From positions 3,817-67,816 of the forward strand of contig JAGXFX010000018.1 of the NCBI GenBank assembly GCA_024637045.1: a stretch of DNA of 64,000 nucleotides. Reading direction: 5' to 3'. Of the stretch, positions 39,896 through 50,147 are shown piece after piece. How positions within the stretch are numbered: position 1 is the first letter of the stretch; every line of letters begins with the position of its first letter. The stretch comes from Soehngenia sp. GTDB taxonomy: Bacteria > Bacillota > Clostridia > Tissierellales > Tissierellaceae. A program made the position numbers and the translations under genes. Below the pieces are notes generated by a model. The model made no database searches. It saw only the letters and a list, made by a program, of their open reading frames with translations, and was not told the DNA's origin.

Positions 39896-40570
39896 ATGCT
39901 AAAAGACAATAGAATTAGAATAATCATAGGACATTATGGAAGCGGCAAAACCGAATTCAGTGTAAATTATGCTGTTAAGTTGGCTGAAGAGGGCAAGAAA
40001 GTTGCTCTGGCGGATTTAGATGTTGTAAACCTGTATTTTAGAAGTAGAGAAAAGGCTGAGATTCTTGAAGCAATGGGAATAAGGGTAATAGGTGGAGCTA
40101 TCAAAGGTTCCGGTGTTGACCTTCCTGCAATAACAGGAGAAGTTTTGACGCCATTGCAGGATAAATCCTATGAAGCTATACTTGATGTAGGAGGCAATCC
40201 TCAGGGAGCAAGAACTCTTGGAAGATATCATAGCTACTTTACGGAAGGTGAGTACGATATGTTTTTCGTACTTAATGCGAATAGACCTGAAACTGCGACT
40301 GCTGAACAGGCTATAGAATATATTGTAAAGATTCAGGATGTCGCAAGAGCAAAGGTGACAGGAATAATAAACAATACACATCTTCTCAAGAGTACAACTG
40401 TAGAAGATGTTATGAAAGGCTATAAATTGGCCAAGGAGGTTTCAAAAGAGACTGGCTTGCCAATTAAGTATAATGTTTGTCTTGAGACTTTGGTAGATAA
40501 GCTTCCGGAGGAAATTGGAGACAACGTTTTCCCAATTAAGTTGTATATGAGGGAAGAATGGATGCTATAA
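39896..40570 (+). CDS. Uncharacterised P-loop NTPase
   Basis: GHYGSGKTE Walker A, DLDVVNLYFRSRE, DVGG. Confidence 0.8.
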   Translation: MLKDNRIRIIIGHYGSGKTEFSVNYAVKLAEEGKKVALADLDVVNLYFRSREKAEILEAMGIRVIGGAIKGSGVDLPAITGEVLTPLQDKSYEAILDVGGNPQGARTLGRYHSYFTEGEYDMFFVLNANRPETATAEQAIEYIVKIQDVARAKVTGIINNTHLLKSTTVEDVMKGYKLAKEVSKETGLPIKYNVCLETLVDKLPEEIGDNVFPIKLYMREEWML

Positions 40571-40589
40571 AAAAAGGAGGATCAGAAAT

Positions 40590-40811
40590 ATGGCAAAGGT
40601 AAAAGGCAGAACAACATTTGAGGAGGACCTATGCAAGGGCTGTGGGCTTTGTGTAACGGTTTGTCCTGTGAACATTATTTCACTTGATACTGCTAGGATC
40701 AATAAGAAAGGGTATCACCCAGCAGCTATAGAAGAGATGAATAAGTGTATAGCTTGTACAAATTGTGCTACTATATGTCCAGATGTAGTCATTACTGTAG
40801 AAAGATTATAA
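40590..40811 (+). CDS. 2x[4Fe-4S] ferredoxin / oxidoreductase delta subunit
   Basis: CKGCGLCVTVCP, CIACTNCATICPD. Confidence 0.92.
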   Translation: MAKVKGRTTFEEDLCKGCGLCVTVCPVNIISLDTARINKKGYHPAAIEEMNKCIACTNCATICPDVVITVERL

Positions 40812-40824
40812 GGAGGGGTTACAT

Positions 40825-41886
40825 ATGACAAAAGTTCTCATGAAAGGGAATGAAGCTGTAGGAGCAGCTGCAATTGCGGCTGGATGCCATTATTTCTTTG
40901 GATATCCAATTACTCCTCAAAGTGAAGTCCCTGAATATATGTCAAGAGAGTTACCAAAAGTTGGAGGATCTTACGTACAGGCTGAATCAGAAGTAGCAGC
41001 AATAAACATGGTATACGGAGCATCTGGTTCAGGAGCAAGAGTTATGACATCATCATCAAGTCCAGGAATCGCTCTTAAGCAAGAAGGAATATCATACTGT
41101 GCTGGAGCAGAGCTGCCTTGTGTTATAGTTGATATGATGAGAGGTGGACCAGGACTTGGAACCATCCAGCCTGCTCAGGGAGACTACTTCTTGGCGACAA
41201 GAGGCGGCGGAAACGGAGATTACAGACTAATTGTTCTTGCACCTGCAGATGTTCAGGAACTAGTGGATCTTGTAATGGAAGGATTTGACCTTGCAGATAT
41301 TTACAGAACACCGGTTATGATTCTTGGTGACGGTATGATTGGTCAGATGATGGAGCCAGTTGAATTTAAGTATCAACAAAGAACAGACTTGCCAGAAAAA
41401 GACTGGGCAACAAGAGGAAAAGGAAAAGGCAAGCAAAAAAATATCATCAATTCACTTTACCTTGAGGCAGAAGAGCTTGAAAAACACAACCATCATCTTC
41501 AGGCAAAGTATGCAGAAATAAGGGAAAAAGAGAAGAAAGTTGAAGTGTATAACATTGAGGATGCAGATATTGTAATTACAGCATACGGTACAACTTCACG
41601 TATAGCCAAGACAGCAATTGCAAAGCTTGAGAAGGAAGGCTACAAAGTTGGAATGATAAGACCGATCAGTCTATACCCATTCCCTAACGAAGCGTATGAA
41701 AAGATCAACGACAACTGTAAAGGAGTACTTACCGTAGAGATGAGTACTGGGCAGATGATTGACGATGTAAAGCTTTCACTAAACGGAAGAATTCCGACAT
41801 ACTTCCACGGACGTTCAGGTGGAATGGTTCCTGGTCCTGAGGAAATTGTTGAGAAGGTAAAGGAAATTCTTGGAGGTGGAAAATAA
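40825..41886 (+). CDS. vorB: 2-oxoacid:ferredoxin oxidoreductase alpha subunit (VorB-like, branched-chain)
   Basis: GYPITPQSE, QAESE.AA, TSSSSPG, RGGPGLG.IQP.QGDY. Confidence 0.88.
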   Translation: MTKVLMKGNEAVGAAAIAAGCHYFFGYPITPQSEVPEYMSRELPKVGGSYVQAESEVAAINMVYGASGSGARVMTSSSSPGIALKQEGISYCAGAELPCVIVDMMRGGPGLGTIQPAQGDYFLATRGGGNGDYRLIVLAPADVQELVDLVMEGFDLADIYRTPVMILGDGMIGQMMEPVEFKYQQRTDLPEKDWATRGKGKGKQKNIINSLYLEAEELEKHNHHLQAKYAEIREKEKKVEVYNIEDADIVITAYGTTSRIAKTAIAKLEKEGYKVGMIRPISLYPFPNEAYEKINDNCKGVLTVEMSTGQMIDDVKLSLNGRIPTYFHGRSGGMVPGPEEIVEKVKEILGGGK

Positions 41887-42632
41887 TGGCAATTGTATTT
41901 GAAAAAACAAAAGGATTAACTGACAAGCCTACCCATTATTGTCCAGGTTGTACGCACGGAATAATCCACAGACTTGTTGCTGAGGTAATGGAGGAAATGG
42001 ATCTTCTGGACAATGCAATAGGAGTTGCACCTGTAGGGTGTTCAGTGCTTGCATATGAATATTTTAACGTTGATATGCACGAAGCAGCTCATGGTAGAGC
42101 TCCTGCTGTAGCTACTGGAATAAAGAGAGTTCATCCTGAGAATTTTGTATTTACTTATCAGGGAGATGGAGACTTGGCATCAATCGGTACTGCTGAGATT
42201 GTTCATGCAGCTCATAGAGGAGAAAAGTTTACAACAATATTTGTTAACAATGCAATTTACGGAATGACTGGCGGACAGATGGCGCCTACTACTCTTATTG
42301 GACAGAAAACAACCACTTCACCATATGGTAGAGATGAAGCTACAACTGGTAAGCCAATCAAGATGTCAGAACTTTTGGCAACAATAGATGGTGCGGCTTT
42401 TGTTGAGAGAGTTGCAGTAAACAATCCTGCAAACATCAGAAAAGCAAAAAAGGCCATAAAAGAAGCATTCAAGGTTCAATTAGAGGGTAAAGGATTCGGT
42501 ATTGTTGAGGTGCTTTCAACTTGTCCGACAAACTGGGGTCTTACACCTGTGGAAGCTATGAAATGGTTAGAGAAGGATATGATGCCTTACTATCCATTAG
42601 GGAACTTCAGAAAGCCAGAGGAGGTTGAATAG
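41886..42632 (+). CDS. 2-oxoacid:ferredoxin oxidoreductase beta (TPP-binding) subunit
   Basis: YCPGCTHG, HGRA, TPP motif QGDGD...NNAIYGMTGGQ. Confidence 0.9.
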   Translation: MAIVFEKTKGLTDKPTHYCPGCTHGIIHRLVAEVMEEMDLLDNAIGVAPVGCSVLAYEYFNVDMHEAAHGRAPAVATGIKRVHPENFVFTYQGDGDLASIGTAEIVHAAHRGEKFTTIFVNNAIYGMTGGQMAPTTLIGQKTTTSPYGRDEATTGKPIKMSELLATIDGAAFVERVAVNNPANIRKAKKAIKEAFKVQLEGKGFGIVEVLSTCPTNWGLTPVEAMKWLEKDMMPYYPLGNFRKPEEVE

Positions 42633-42634
42633 AT

Positions 42635-43192
42635 ATGGATGAAAGATTGATTATTGCCGGATTTGGTGGACAGGGAGTCATGGCCATGGGACAGTTGTTG
42701 ACTTATTCTGGAATGATTGAAGGGAAAAACGTGTCATGGTTGCCATCATACGGTCCTGAAATGCGTGGAGGAACAGCAAACTGTAACGTAACAATATCAA
42801 CAGAGCCAGTTGGATCACCCGTTGTCCTTGAAGCAACAACTGCAGTAGTATTAAACCTGCCTTCTATGGATAAATTTGAGGAAAGTGTTGTACCAGGTGG
42901 GAATCTAATGATAAATTCATCACTGATTGAGAAGAAGGCAGAAAGAGATGACATAAATGTTTACTATATTCCAGCCAACGAAATAGCCAATGAAATCGGA
43001 AATGCTAGAATCGCGAACATGGTAATGCTGGGAGCATATATTGAAATAACTGGATCAATTAAGATTGATTCTGTATACGAGGCTTTTGGAAAGGTATTTG
43101 GAGAGACAAAGGCTCATCTACTACCAGTTAACAAGGATGCCCTTAAAAGAGGAGCAGAAGTTGTAAGAGAGCAGATGAAAGTAAACGCATAG
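42635..43192 (+). CDS. 2-oxoacid:ferredoxin oxidoreductase gamma subunit
   Basis: AGFGGQG, SYGPEMRGG, NMVMLGA. Confidence 0.9.
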   Translation: MDERLIIAGFGGQGVMAMGQLLTYSGMIEGKNVSWLPSYGPEMRGGTANCNVTISTEPVGSPVVLEATTAVVLNLPSMDKFEESVVPGGNLMINSSLIEKKAERDDINVYYIPANEIANEIGNARIANMVMLGAYIEITGSIKIDSVYEAFGKVFGETKAHLLPVNKDALKRGAEVVREQMKVNA

Positions 43193-43194
43193 CA

Positions 43195-43230
43195 TAATAA
43201 AAGCCAGACCCTAGGGTCTGGCTTTTATTA
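43195..43230. terminator. Bidirectional terminator (perfect 36-bp palindrome)
   Basis: TAATAAAAGCCAGACC-CTAG-GGTCTGGCTTTTATTA between convergent genes. Confidence 0.88.
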
Positions 43231-44289
43231 TATCAGTGCAGCTTCAAATTCATCCATAAGCTTGTCAACGGTTGTAATCTTATCGACAAGATATCCTCTC
43301 TTGCCAATAAACACCAAGCCGTTGTCCACATCACCTTCTACTGCCCTTACAAGAGCACTAGTTATACAATATGGTGTTGTCGCTGGATTACAGCCTGTCA
43401 GGCAGTTGTAGCATTTGGTTATCTTTTCTTTCTCCAAGGAGACCTTCTTAATATAAGGATTAATAACAGCCTGTCCAGGCATTCCAACAGGGCTTACAAT
43501 ATAATTGATGGTCTCTTCTTTGGATTCAACATATGCCATCTTGTAATTATCATGGGCATCACATTCCTTGGTTGCAACAAATCTGGTTCCCATTTGAACA
43601 CCATCTGCTCCTAAATCCAGGAATTTTTTTATGTCTTCACCATCATAAATTCCACCTGCTACGACAATCTGTGCTGTCTTTCCTGATTTCTCCTCAAGGG
43701 GCTTAATAGCATTCTTTACCTCAGTAAAAATATCTTCAAGTTTTGGAATAGATCCACTTGAAAGAACTTCTTTACTGAATCCAAGATGTCCGCCTGCAAG
43801 AGGTCCTTCGATTATTATCAGCTCTGGAAAATAGTCGTGTCGTTTCATCCATAACTTGGTAATTACTGCAGCAGCCTTACCTGAGGAGACTATGGGAGCG
43901 ATTTTTGTCTTACTTCCCTTTACAAGTCCCGGTAGGTCATTTGGCAAACCTGCTCCAGAAATTATCAAATCAATTTTTTCTTCCACTGCCGCTTTTACTG
44001 TTTCAGCATAATTTTCAATGGCAACCATAAGATTTACCCCAACTATTCCAAGAGGACTTTTTTCCCTTGCCAGTCTTATTTCTTTTTTTAATGCTCTGAT
44101 ATTTGCTTCTTTAGTATTGGTCATGAAATCGGGCTCTCTAAATCCTATCTGAACTCCTGAAATAACACCGACTCCACCTCTGTTTGCAACAGCTGATGCA
44201 AGTCCTGAAAGAGATACTCCTACGCCCATTCCTCCCTGAATTATGGGTAGACGGGTCGTCTTATCTCCAATTTGCAATTGTTTCATCAA
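43228..44289 (-). CDS. Nitronate-monooxygenase-family FMN protein, FabX-like
   Basis: IIQGGMGVG, GAGLP, EGPLAGGH, TRF..TKECDA, SPVG.P, C-x2-C-x3-C-x7-C cluster. Confidence 0.8.
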   Translation of the reverse strand: MMKQLQIGDKTTRLPIIQGGMGVGVSLSGLASAVANRGGVGVISGVQIGFREPDFMTNTKEANIRALKKEIRLAREKSPLGIVGVNLMVAIENYAETVKAAVEEKIDLIISGAGLPNDLPGLVKGSKTKIAPIVSSGKAAAVITKLWMKRHDYFPELIIIEGPLAGGHLGFSKEVLSSGSIPKLEDIFTEVKNAIKPLEEKSGKTAQIVVAGGIYDGEDIKKFLDLGADGVQMGTRFVATKECDAHDNYKMAYVESKEETINYIVSPVGMPGQAVINPYIKKVSLEKEKITKCYNCLTGCNPATTPYCITSALVRAVEGDVDNGLVFIGKRGYLVDKITTVDKLMDEFEAALI

Positions 44290-44301
44290 TACACCTTCTC
44301 T

Positions 44302-44733
44302 CTATTTATCTATGGCGAATAAGAATTCACCTTCTGCAGCTACTTCACCATCAACATAAGCAGTACCCTGACCGATTCCTATTGCACCACGCAATTTTAT
44401 TATCTCTACATCCATTTTAAGGACATCTCCCGGCTGGACCTTCTTTTTAAACCTGAATTTGTTTATGCCTGCAAAATAAGGTGTTTTACCTTTAAAGTCA
44501 TCTCTTGCCAAAAGAATGACTGCGCCAACCTGTGCCATGGTCTCAATTATTATTACACCAGGCATAACGGGATTTCCAGGGAAATGTCCTTGAAAAAAAG
44601 GTTCATTTATTGTAACCAACTTATATCCAGTTCCGGCTTTGCCTTCTTCGGTGATTTCAACCTTATCTACAAAAAGAAATGGTTGCCTGTGTGGAATAAG
44701 ATTCATAATATCGTTGATATTGTAGGTATTCAC
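44302..44733 (-). CDS. fabZ: 3-hydroxyacyl-ACP dehydratase
   Basis: [31 protein letters not shown]. Confidence 0.96.
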   Translation of the reverse strand: MNTYNINDIMNLIPHRQPFLFVDKVEITEEGKAGTGYKLVTINEPFFQGHFPGNPVMPGVIIIETMAQVGAVILLARDDFKGKTPYFAGINKFRFKKKVQPGDVLKMDVEIIKLRGAIGIGQGTAYVDGEVAAEGEFLFAIDK

Positions 44734-44897
44734 TAGTATACACCTCCTTTTGATTAAACGTCAGGAAATAAAATATTGATTAAATCCTCATTTTGTACTA
44801 TACTTGTCTTAAGTTTGCATGTGCCTATAAACAATAATAATTTAAAAACGAAAAATTTGCAAACTTTTAATCCCCCTAAAAAACAGGAGGTGGTAAA

Positions 44898-45905
44898 TTG
44901 AATAAAATATCTGTAGGAATCACAGGAATAGGAAGCTATGTTCCCGAAAATGTGATGACCAACGATGACCTCGCCAAGATGGTTGATACTAATCATGAAT
45001 GGATAGTGTCAAGAACCGGTATCGAGGAGCGAAGAATTGCTGACAAGGATCAACCAACATCAGATCTTGCCACGAAAGCATCATTAAAGGCTCTTGAAGA
45101 TGCATCAATTGCACCGGAGGAACTGGACCTGATAATTGTTGCAACGGCAACACCTGACTATATATTTCCTTCAACAGCTGCAATGGTACAAAAAGACATC
45201 GGAGCCACAAAAGCTGCTGCATTTGATATAAGCGTCGGTTGCTCAGGTTTTGTTTACGGTCTGGTTACCGGAGCAAACTTTATTTCATCGGGAATGTATA
45301 AAAAAGTACTTGTAATAGGAGCAGAAACCCTGTCAAAGATAGTTGATTGGGAGGACAGAAATACCTGCGTTTTGTTTGGAGACGGAGCGGGGGCGTGTAT
45401 TTTGGAACCATGTGACGAAAGTTTTGGAATTCTTTCTTCAGAGCTTGGGTCAGATGGTGTCAAAGGAGACGTTTTAATAGTACCTGGAGGAGGGTCAAAA
45501 AACCCTGCTACAGCAGAGACAGTGAAAAACAAGCTTCATGCCATCAGGATGGATGGTAAGGAAGTGTTTAAGTTTGCAGTAAGAGTAATGGAACAATCCT
45601 CAATGAGAGTTCTGGAGAGTGCAGGACTGTCGAAAGAGGAATTGGATTTCATGATTTCTCACCAGGCAAACAGCAGAATTATTGATGCAGCAATGAAAAA
45701 GCTAGGATTGAGTAAGGATAAGACCCATGTTAATCTTACAAAATATGGGAATACATCTGCAGCCTCCGTGCCAGTAGCTCTGGATGAGGCTGTTAAAAGC
45801 GAGCTTATAAAAAAAGGCGACAATTTGCTTCTTATTGCATTTGGAGCTGGATTGTCATGGGCATCTGTAGTCCTTAAGTGGAATAAGGAGGTTAGAAATG
45901 TTTGA
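44898..45905 (+). CDS. fabH: Beta-ketoacyl-ACP synthase III (TTG start)
   Basis: RTGIEERR, AFDI..GCSGF, LFGDGAGA, HQAN.RI, GNTSAAS. Confidence 0.96.
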   Translation: MNKISVGITGIGSYVPENVMTNDDLAKMVDTNHEWIVSRTGIEERRIADKDQPTSDLATKASLKALEDASIAPEELDLIIVATATPDYIFPSTAAMVQKDIGATKAAAFDISVGCSGFVYGLVTGANFISSGMYKKVLVIGAETLSKIVDWEDRNTCVLFGDGAGACILEPCDESFGILSSELGSDGVKGDVLIVPGGGSKNPATAETVKNKLHAIRMDGKEVFKFAVRVMEQSSMRVLESAGLSKEELDFMISHQANSRIIDAAMKKLGLSKDKTHVNLTKYGNTSAASVPVALDEAVKSELIKKGDNLLLIAFGAGLSWASVVLKWNKEVRNV

Positions 45906-46857
45906 TTCAAGATTGAAGGATCTTCTTGGAATCAAGTACCCCATATTCCAAGGAGGGATGGCATGGGTTGCAACAAGTGAACTGGCAGCTGCAGTTTCAG
46001 AAGCTGGCGGACTTGGAATAATTGCAGCTGGTAATGCACCTGGGGAATATGTACGGGATGAGATCAGGAAGTTAAAAGAAATGACCGACAAACCATTTGG
46101 CGTTAACATTATGCTATTATCGCCGTTTGTAGAAGATGTTGTAAATATTATATGTGAAGAAGGAGTTCCTGTTGTTACAACAGGAGCAGGAAATCCAGGA
46201 AAGTTTCTCCAAAGACTCAAGAACCATAATATAAAAGTCATTCCTGTGGTGCCTTCGGTGTCTTTGGCAAAGAGATTGGAAAAGCAAGGCGTAGATGCCT
46301 TGATCGTCGAGGGAACCGAAGCAGGAGGTCATATTGGAGAGATTACAACCATGGCTCTTGTCCCTCAGGTTTGCGATGCTGTAAGCATTCCAGTAATAGC
46401 TGCTGGAGGAATTGCCGATGGAAGAGGTGTGGTTGCAGCTCTGGCACTTGGAGCAAACGGTGTACAGTTGGGAACCAGATTTGTATGCTCAACTGAAGCC
46501 AAAGTCCACCAGAACTACAAGGATAAGCTTATCAATGCGAAGGACAGAGATGCTTTGGTAACTGGAAGAAGTACAGGACATCCTGTAAGAGTTATTAAGA
46601 ACCAGTTTACCAGAGAATTCATGGAACTTGAAAAGGCAGGAACATCATTGGAAGACCTTGAAAAGATGGGGTCAGGAAGACTTCGCCTGGCAGTAGTTGA
46701 TGGTGATGTTGATAAAGGTTCTGTTATGTCAGGACAGATTGCCGGGATGATTAATGACATCAAGCCATGTAGAGAAATAATTGAACAATTGATTAAGCAG
46801 GCTAAAGAGGCATTAGGTGGCCTTAATGGTCAGGAAGGAGGTGAGAGAAATGAGTAA
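45898..46857 (+). CDS. fabK: Enoyl-ACP reductase II
   Basis: YPIFQGGMAWVA, TDKPFGVNIML, EGTEAGGHIG, AAGGIADGRG. Confidence 0.93.
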   Translation: MFDSRLKDLLGIKYPIFQGGMAWVATSELAAAVSEAGGLGIIAAGNAPGEYVRDEIRKLKEMTDKPFGVNIMLLSPFVEDVVNIICEEGVPVVTTGAGNPGKFLQRLKNHNIKVIPVVPSVSLAKRLEKQGVDALIVEGTEAGGHIGEITTMALVPQVCDAVSIPVIAAGGIADGRGVVAALALGANGVQLGTRFVCSTEAKVHQNYKDKLINAKDRDALVTGRSTGHPVRVIKNQFTREFMELEKAGTSLEDLEKMGSGRLRLAVVDGDVDKGSVMSGQIAGMINDIKPCREIIEQLIKQAKEALGGLNGQEGGERNE

Positions 46858-47803
46858 GCGTGCATTTATCTTTCCTGGTCAAGGAGCACAACATATAGGT
46901 ATGGGCCAGGATTTTTTTCAACAGATAAAAGAATCCAAAATGATCTTTGAGGAAGCTGATGATACACTTAACAGTCCACTTTCAAAAGTGATATTCGAAG
47001 GTGACGAAGAGGATCTTAGAAAAACTGAAACTACTCAGCCTGCAATTCTTACTGCAAGCATTGCAATGCTAAGAGCACTTGAAAAAGAAGGGATCGACTG
47101 TGATTGCACAGCGGGGCTTAGTCTTGGTGAATACAGTTCACTTGTAATGAGTAAGGCCTTGAGATTTCAGGATGCTCTGTCCATAGTAAGACAAAGAGGG
47201 AAATTTATGCAGGAAGCAGTACCTAACGGTGTAGGAGGCATGGCAGCAATACTTGGGTTGGACAGATCAAAGTTGCCGGAGGTTCTCTTGGCTGCAAAGG
47301 ATTATGGTATTGTGGAGGTTGCAAACTACAATAGCCCAGAGCAGATTGTAATATCCGGAGAAAAGAAGGGATTAAAAATTGCCTGTGCAAAGGCTTTGGA
47401 GGTAGGCGCCAAAAGAGCTGTTGAGCTCCCAGTAAGTGCTCCATTCCATACATCAATGCTTTCTCCTGCAGGGGAGAGACTTAAGATTGAGCTTGAAAAA
47501 TTGAGTATAGGAGAATTTCAGAAGAAGGTAATTACAAATGTTGACGGAAAGGCAATAGACAGCAAGGATCAACTGGTATCAAAGCTTGTTGACCAGGTTT
47601 CGCATTCCGTACTTTGGCATCAATCAATTGAATACATGATAAATGAAGGAGTAGATACATTTGTTGAAATAGGTCCCGGGAAGTCATTGTCAGGCTTTGT
47701 CAAAAGGATTGGTAAATCCATGGACAAGGATGTAACGGCAATGAATATTTCAGATATGGACAGCTTCAGAAATACAGTTGAGAAGCTGACTAAGGGGGCT
47801 TAA
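46850..47803 (+). CDS. fabD: Malonyl-CoA:ACP transacylase
   Basis: FPGQGAQ, TQPAI, AGLSLGEY, SAPFH. Confidence 0.96.
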   Translation: MSKRAFIFPGQGAQHIGMGQDFFQQIKESKMIFEEADDTLNSPLSKVIFEGDEEDLRKTETTQPAILTASIAMLRALEKEGIDCDCTAGLSLGEYSSLVMSKALRFQDALSIVRQRGKFMQEAVPNGVGGMAAILGLDRSKLPEVLLAAKDYGIVEVANYNSPEQIVISGEKKGLKIACAKALEVGAKRAVELPVSAPFHTSMLSPAGERLKIELEKLSIGEFQKKVITNVDGKAIDSKDQLVSKLVDQVSHSVLWHQSIEYMINEGVDTFVEIGPGKSLSGFVKRIGKSMDKDVTAMNISDMDSFRNTVEKLTKGA

Positions 47804-47805
47804 TA

Positions 47806-48543
47806 ATGAATGGAAAAGTAGCTTTGGTTACTGGAGGAAGCAGAGGCATAGGCAGAAATATTGCAAAGATACTTGCCGGTGAAGGCTACAATGTAGCCAT
47901 AACATATAATAGCAATGAAGAGTTGGCAAAAGAAGTAGTAAAAGAACTTGAACACTCAGATGTGAAGGCAGCCTGCTTCAAAGCTAATATAAGCATCAAA
48001 GACCAGGTAGACAATCTTATCAAGGAAATTGAAAAAGAACTTGGTTCGATATGTGTTCTGGTAAATAATGCCGGAATAACTAAAGACAATCTCTTAATCA
48101 GGATGTCTGAGGACGACTGGGATTCAGTTATGGATGTAAATCTAAAAGGTGCGTTTCTAACCACCAAGGCAGTTGCAAGAGGAATGATGAAGAAGAGATA
48201 TGGTAAAATTATCAACATATCCTCTGTAGTAGGAGTGATGGGAAATGCAGGGCAGGGAAATTACTCTGCATCCAAGGCGGGACTCATAGGATTTACAAAA
48301 TCAATGGCAAGGGAACTTGCAAGTCGAGGAATCAGGGTAAATGCAGTTGCACCCGGATTTATCAGTACAGATATGACAGACAGTTTGAAGGAAGAAGTAA
48401 AAGAGGCTATGCTTTCAAAAATACCCCTGGGTTATTTTGCAGAGCCAGAGGAAGTTAGCAATCTGGTAGCATTTCTGGCAAGTGAAAAATCTGATTATAT
48501 AACTGGGCAGGTTATTCAGATTGACGGTGGAATGAACATATAA
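47806..48543 (+). CDS. fabG: 3-oxoacyl-ACP reductase
   Basis: [31 protein letters not shown]. Confidence 0.96.
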   Translation: MNGKVALVTGGSRGIGRNIAKILAGEGYNVAITYNSNEELAKEVVKELEHSDVKAACFKANISIKDQVDNLIKEIEKELGSICVLVNNAGITKDNLLIRMSEDDWDSVMDVNLKGAFLTTKAVARGMMKKRYGKIINISSVVGVMGNAGQGNYSASKAGLIGFTKSMARELASRGIRVNAVAPGFISTDMTDSLKEEVKEAMLSKIPLGYFAEPEEVSNLVAFLASEKSDYITGQVIQIDGGMNI

Positions 48544-48562
48544 ATCTAAGGAGGAAATAAAA

Positions 48563-48793
48563 ATGATATTTGACAAGGTAAAGGAAATTATTGCAGAGCA
48601 GTTGGATGTAGAAATGGAAAGAATAACATTGGAAACTTCACTAATGAAGGATCTTGAAGCAGATTCATTGGATGCTGTTGAAATAATGATGGCTCTAGAA
48701 GATGAGTTTGAAATTGAGGTACCTGATGAAGATGCAGAAGGTTTCAAGAATATCGGAGATATCGTAAAATACGTTGAAGCTAAGTTGGCCTAG
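48563..48793 (+). CDS. acpP: Acyl carrier protein
   Basis: [11 protein letters not shown] phosphopantetheine motif. Confidence 0.96.
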   Translation: MIFDKVKEIIAEQLDVEMERITLETSLMKDLEADSLDAVEIMMALEDEFEIEVPDEDAEGFKNIGDIVKYVEAKLA

Positions 48794-48812
48794 ACTAAAG
48801 AGAGGTGTTAGT

Positions 48813-50048
48813 ATGAATAGAGTAGTTATAACAGGTCTTGGTGCCATAACACCTGTGGGATCAGGTAAGAATGAATTCTGGAACTCGCTTGTATCTGGGA
48901 AATCAGGCATTGACTATTTAACAAAATTCGACACAAAGGATCATGATGTTAAAATCGCAGCTGAAGTAAAAGATTTTGATCCTACAGAATATATGGGCAA
49001 AAAAGACGCAAAGAGAATGGATCTGTTTAGCCAGTATGCAATAGCGGCAACAAAACAGGCGCTTGATGATTCAGGGATAGATATGGAAAAGGTAGATACC
49101 GAAAGAGCAGGTACCATAATTGGTTCAGGCATAGGCGGAATATCAACTCTGGAGTCAGAAAAAGAAAAAATGGATGAAAAGGGACCAGGAAGAATAAGTC
49201 CACTATTTATTCCGATGATGATTTCAAATATGGCCGCAGGACAAGTATCTATGGCTTTCGGGCTGAAGGGTTCATCTATGACAATCACAACAGCGTGTGC
49301 ATCAGCTACCCACGCCATAGGTGAAGCCTTCAGAATGATCAAGTCGGGAAACCTTGATTTCGCAGTGACAGGTGGTACAGAAAGCTCAATAACCCCACTT
49401 TCAATGGCAGGATTTATTTCCATGAAGGCCTTGTCAACAAATAATGATAATCCTCAGTCGGCAAGCAGACCATTTGACAAAAACAGGGATGGCTTTGTTA
49501 TGGGTGAGGGATCCGGAATTATTATTCTGGAGGATCTTGACCATGCCTTAAACAGAGGAGCAACAATCTATGCAGAAATAATTGGATATGGTTCCACCTC
49601 AGATGCATTCCACATAACTCAACCCGATCCGGAAGCTAAAGGTGCCAGAAATGCAATGGCGCTGGCGATAAGAGAAGGTGACATTCAGTTGGAAGATGTA
49701 CATTACATTAATGCACACGGAACCAGCACATATTTTAACGACAAGCTGGAAACCCTTGCTATAAAGACTTTATTTGGTGACCATGCCAAGAACATAAATG
49801 TAAGCAGTACCAAGTCCATGACTGGACATTTACTTGGGGCAGCTGGCGGAATTGAAGCGATTGCAACTGCATTAGCCCTATATAACGGGATGATTCCACC
49901 AACAATCAATTATGAGACTGAGGATGAGGAATGTGATCTTAACTATACTCCAAATGTTGCTGTTGAAAGGGATATAACACATGCTCTCTCAAATTCTCTG
50001 GGATTTGGTGGACATAACGCAAGTATACTGTTGAAAAAGTACAATTAA
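48813..50048 (+). CDS. fabF: Beta-ketoacyl-ACP synthase II
   Basis: RVVITGLG, TACAS, SRPFDKNRDGFV.GEG, HGTST, GHLLGAAG, GFGGHN. Confidence 0.96.
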   Translation: MNRVVITGLGAITPVGSGKNEFWNSLVSGKSGIDYLTKFDTKDHDVKIAAEVKDFDPTEYMGKKDAKRMDLFSQYAIAATKQALDDSGIDMEKVDTERAGTIIGSGIGGISTLESEKEKMDEKGPGRISPLFIPMMISNMAAGQVSMAFGLKGSSMTITTACASATHAIGEAFRMIKSGNLDFAVTGGTESSITPLSMAGFISMKALSTNNDNPQSASRPFDKNRDGFVMGEGSGIIILEDLDHALNRGATIYAEIIGYGSTSDAFHITQPDPEAKGARNAMALAIREGDIQLEDVHYINAHGTSTYFNDKLETLAIKTLFGDHAKNINVSSTKSMTGHLLGAAGGIEAIATALALYNGMIPPTINYETEDEECDLNYTPNVAVERDITHALSNSLGFGGHNASILLKKYN

Positions 50049-50058
50049 AACACATTAT

Positions 50059-50093
50059 GCTGATCGGGAAATGACCCGGTCAGCTATTTTTTT
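50059..50093 (+). terminator. Terminator after fabF
   Basis: GCTGATCGGG/CCCGGTCAGC plus T-tract. Confidence 0.82.
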
Positions 50094-50147
50094 ATCCAGT
50101 AACATGGGTTTTATGCTATACTATTAGGTATACGATGGAGGTAAATA

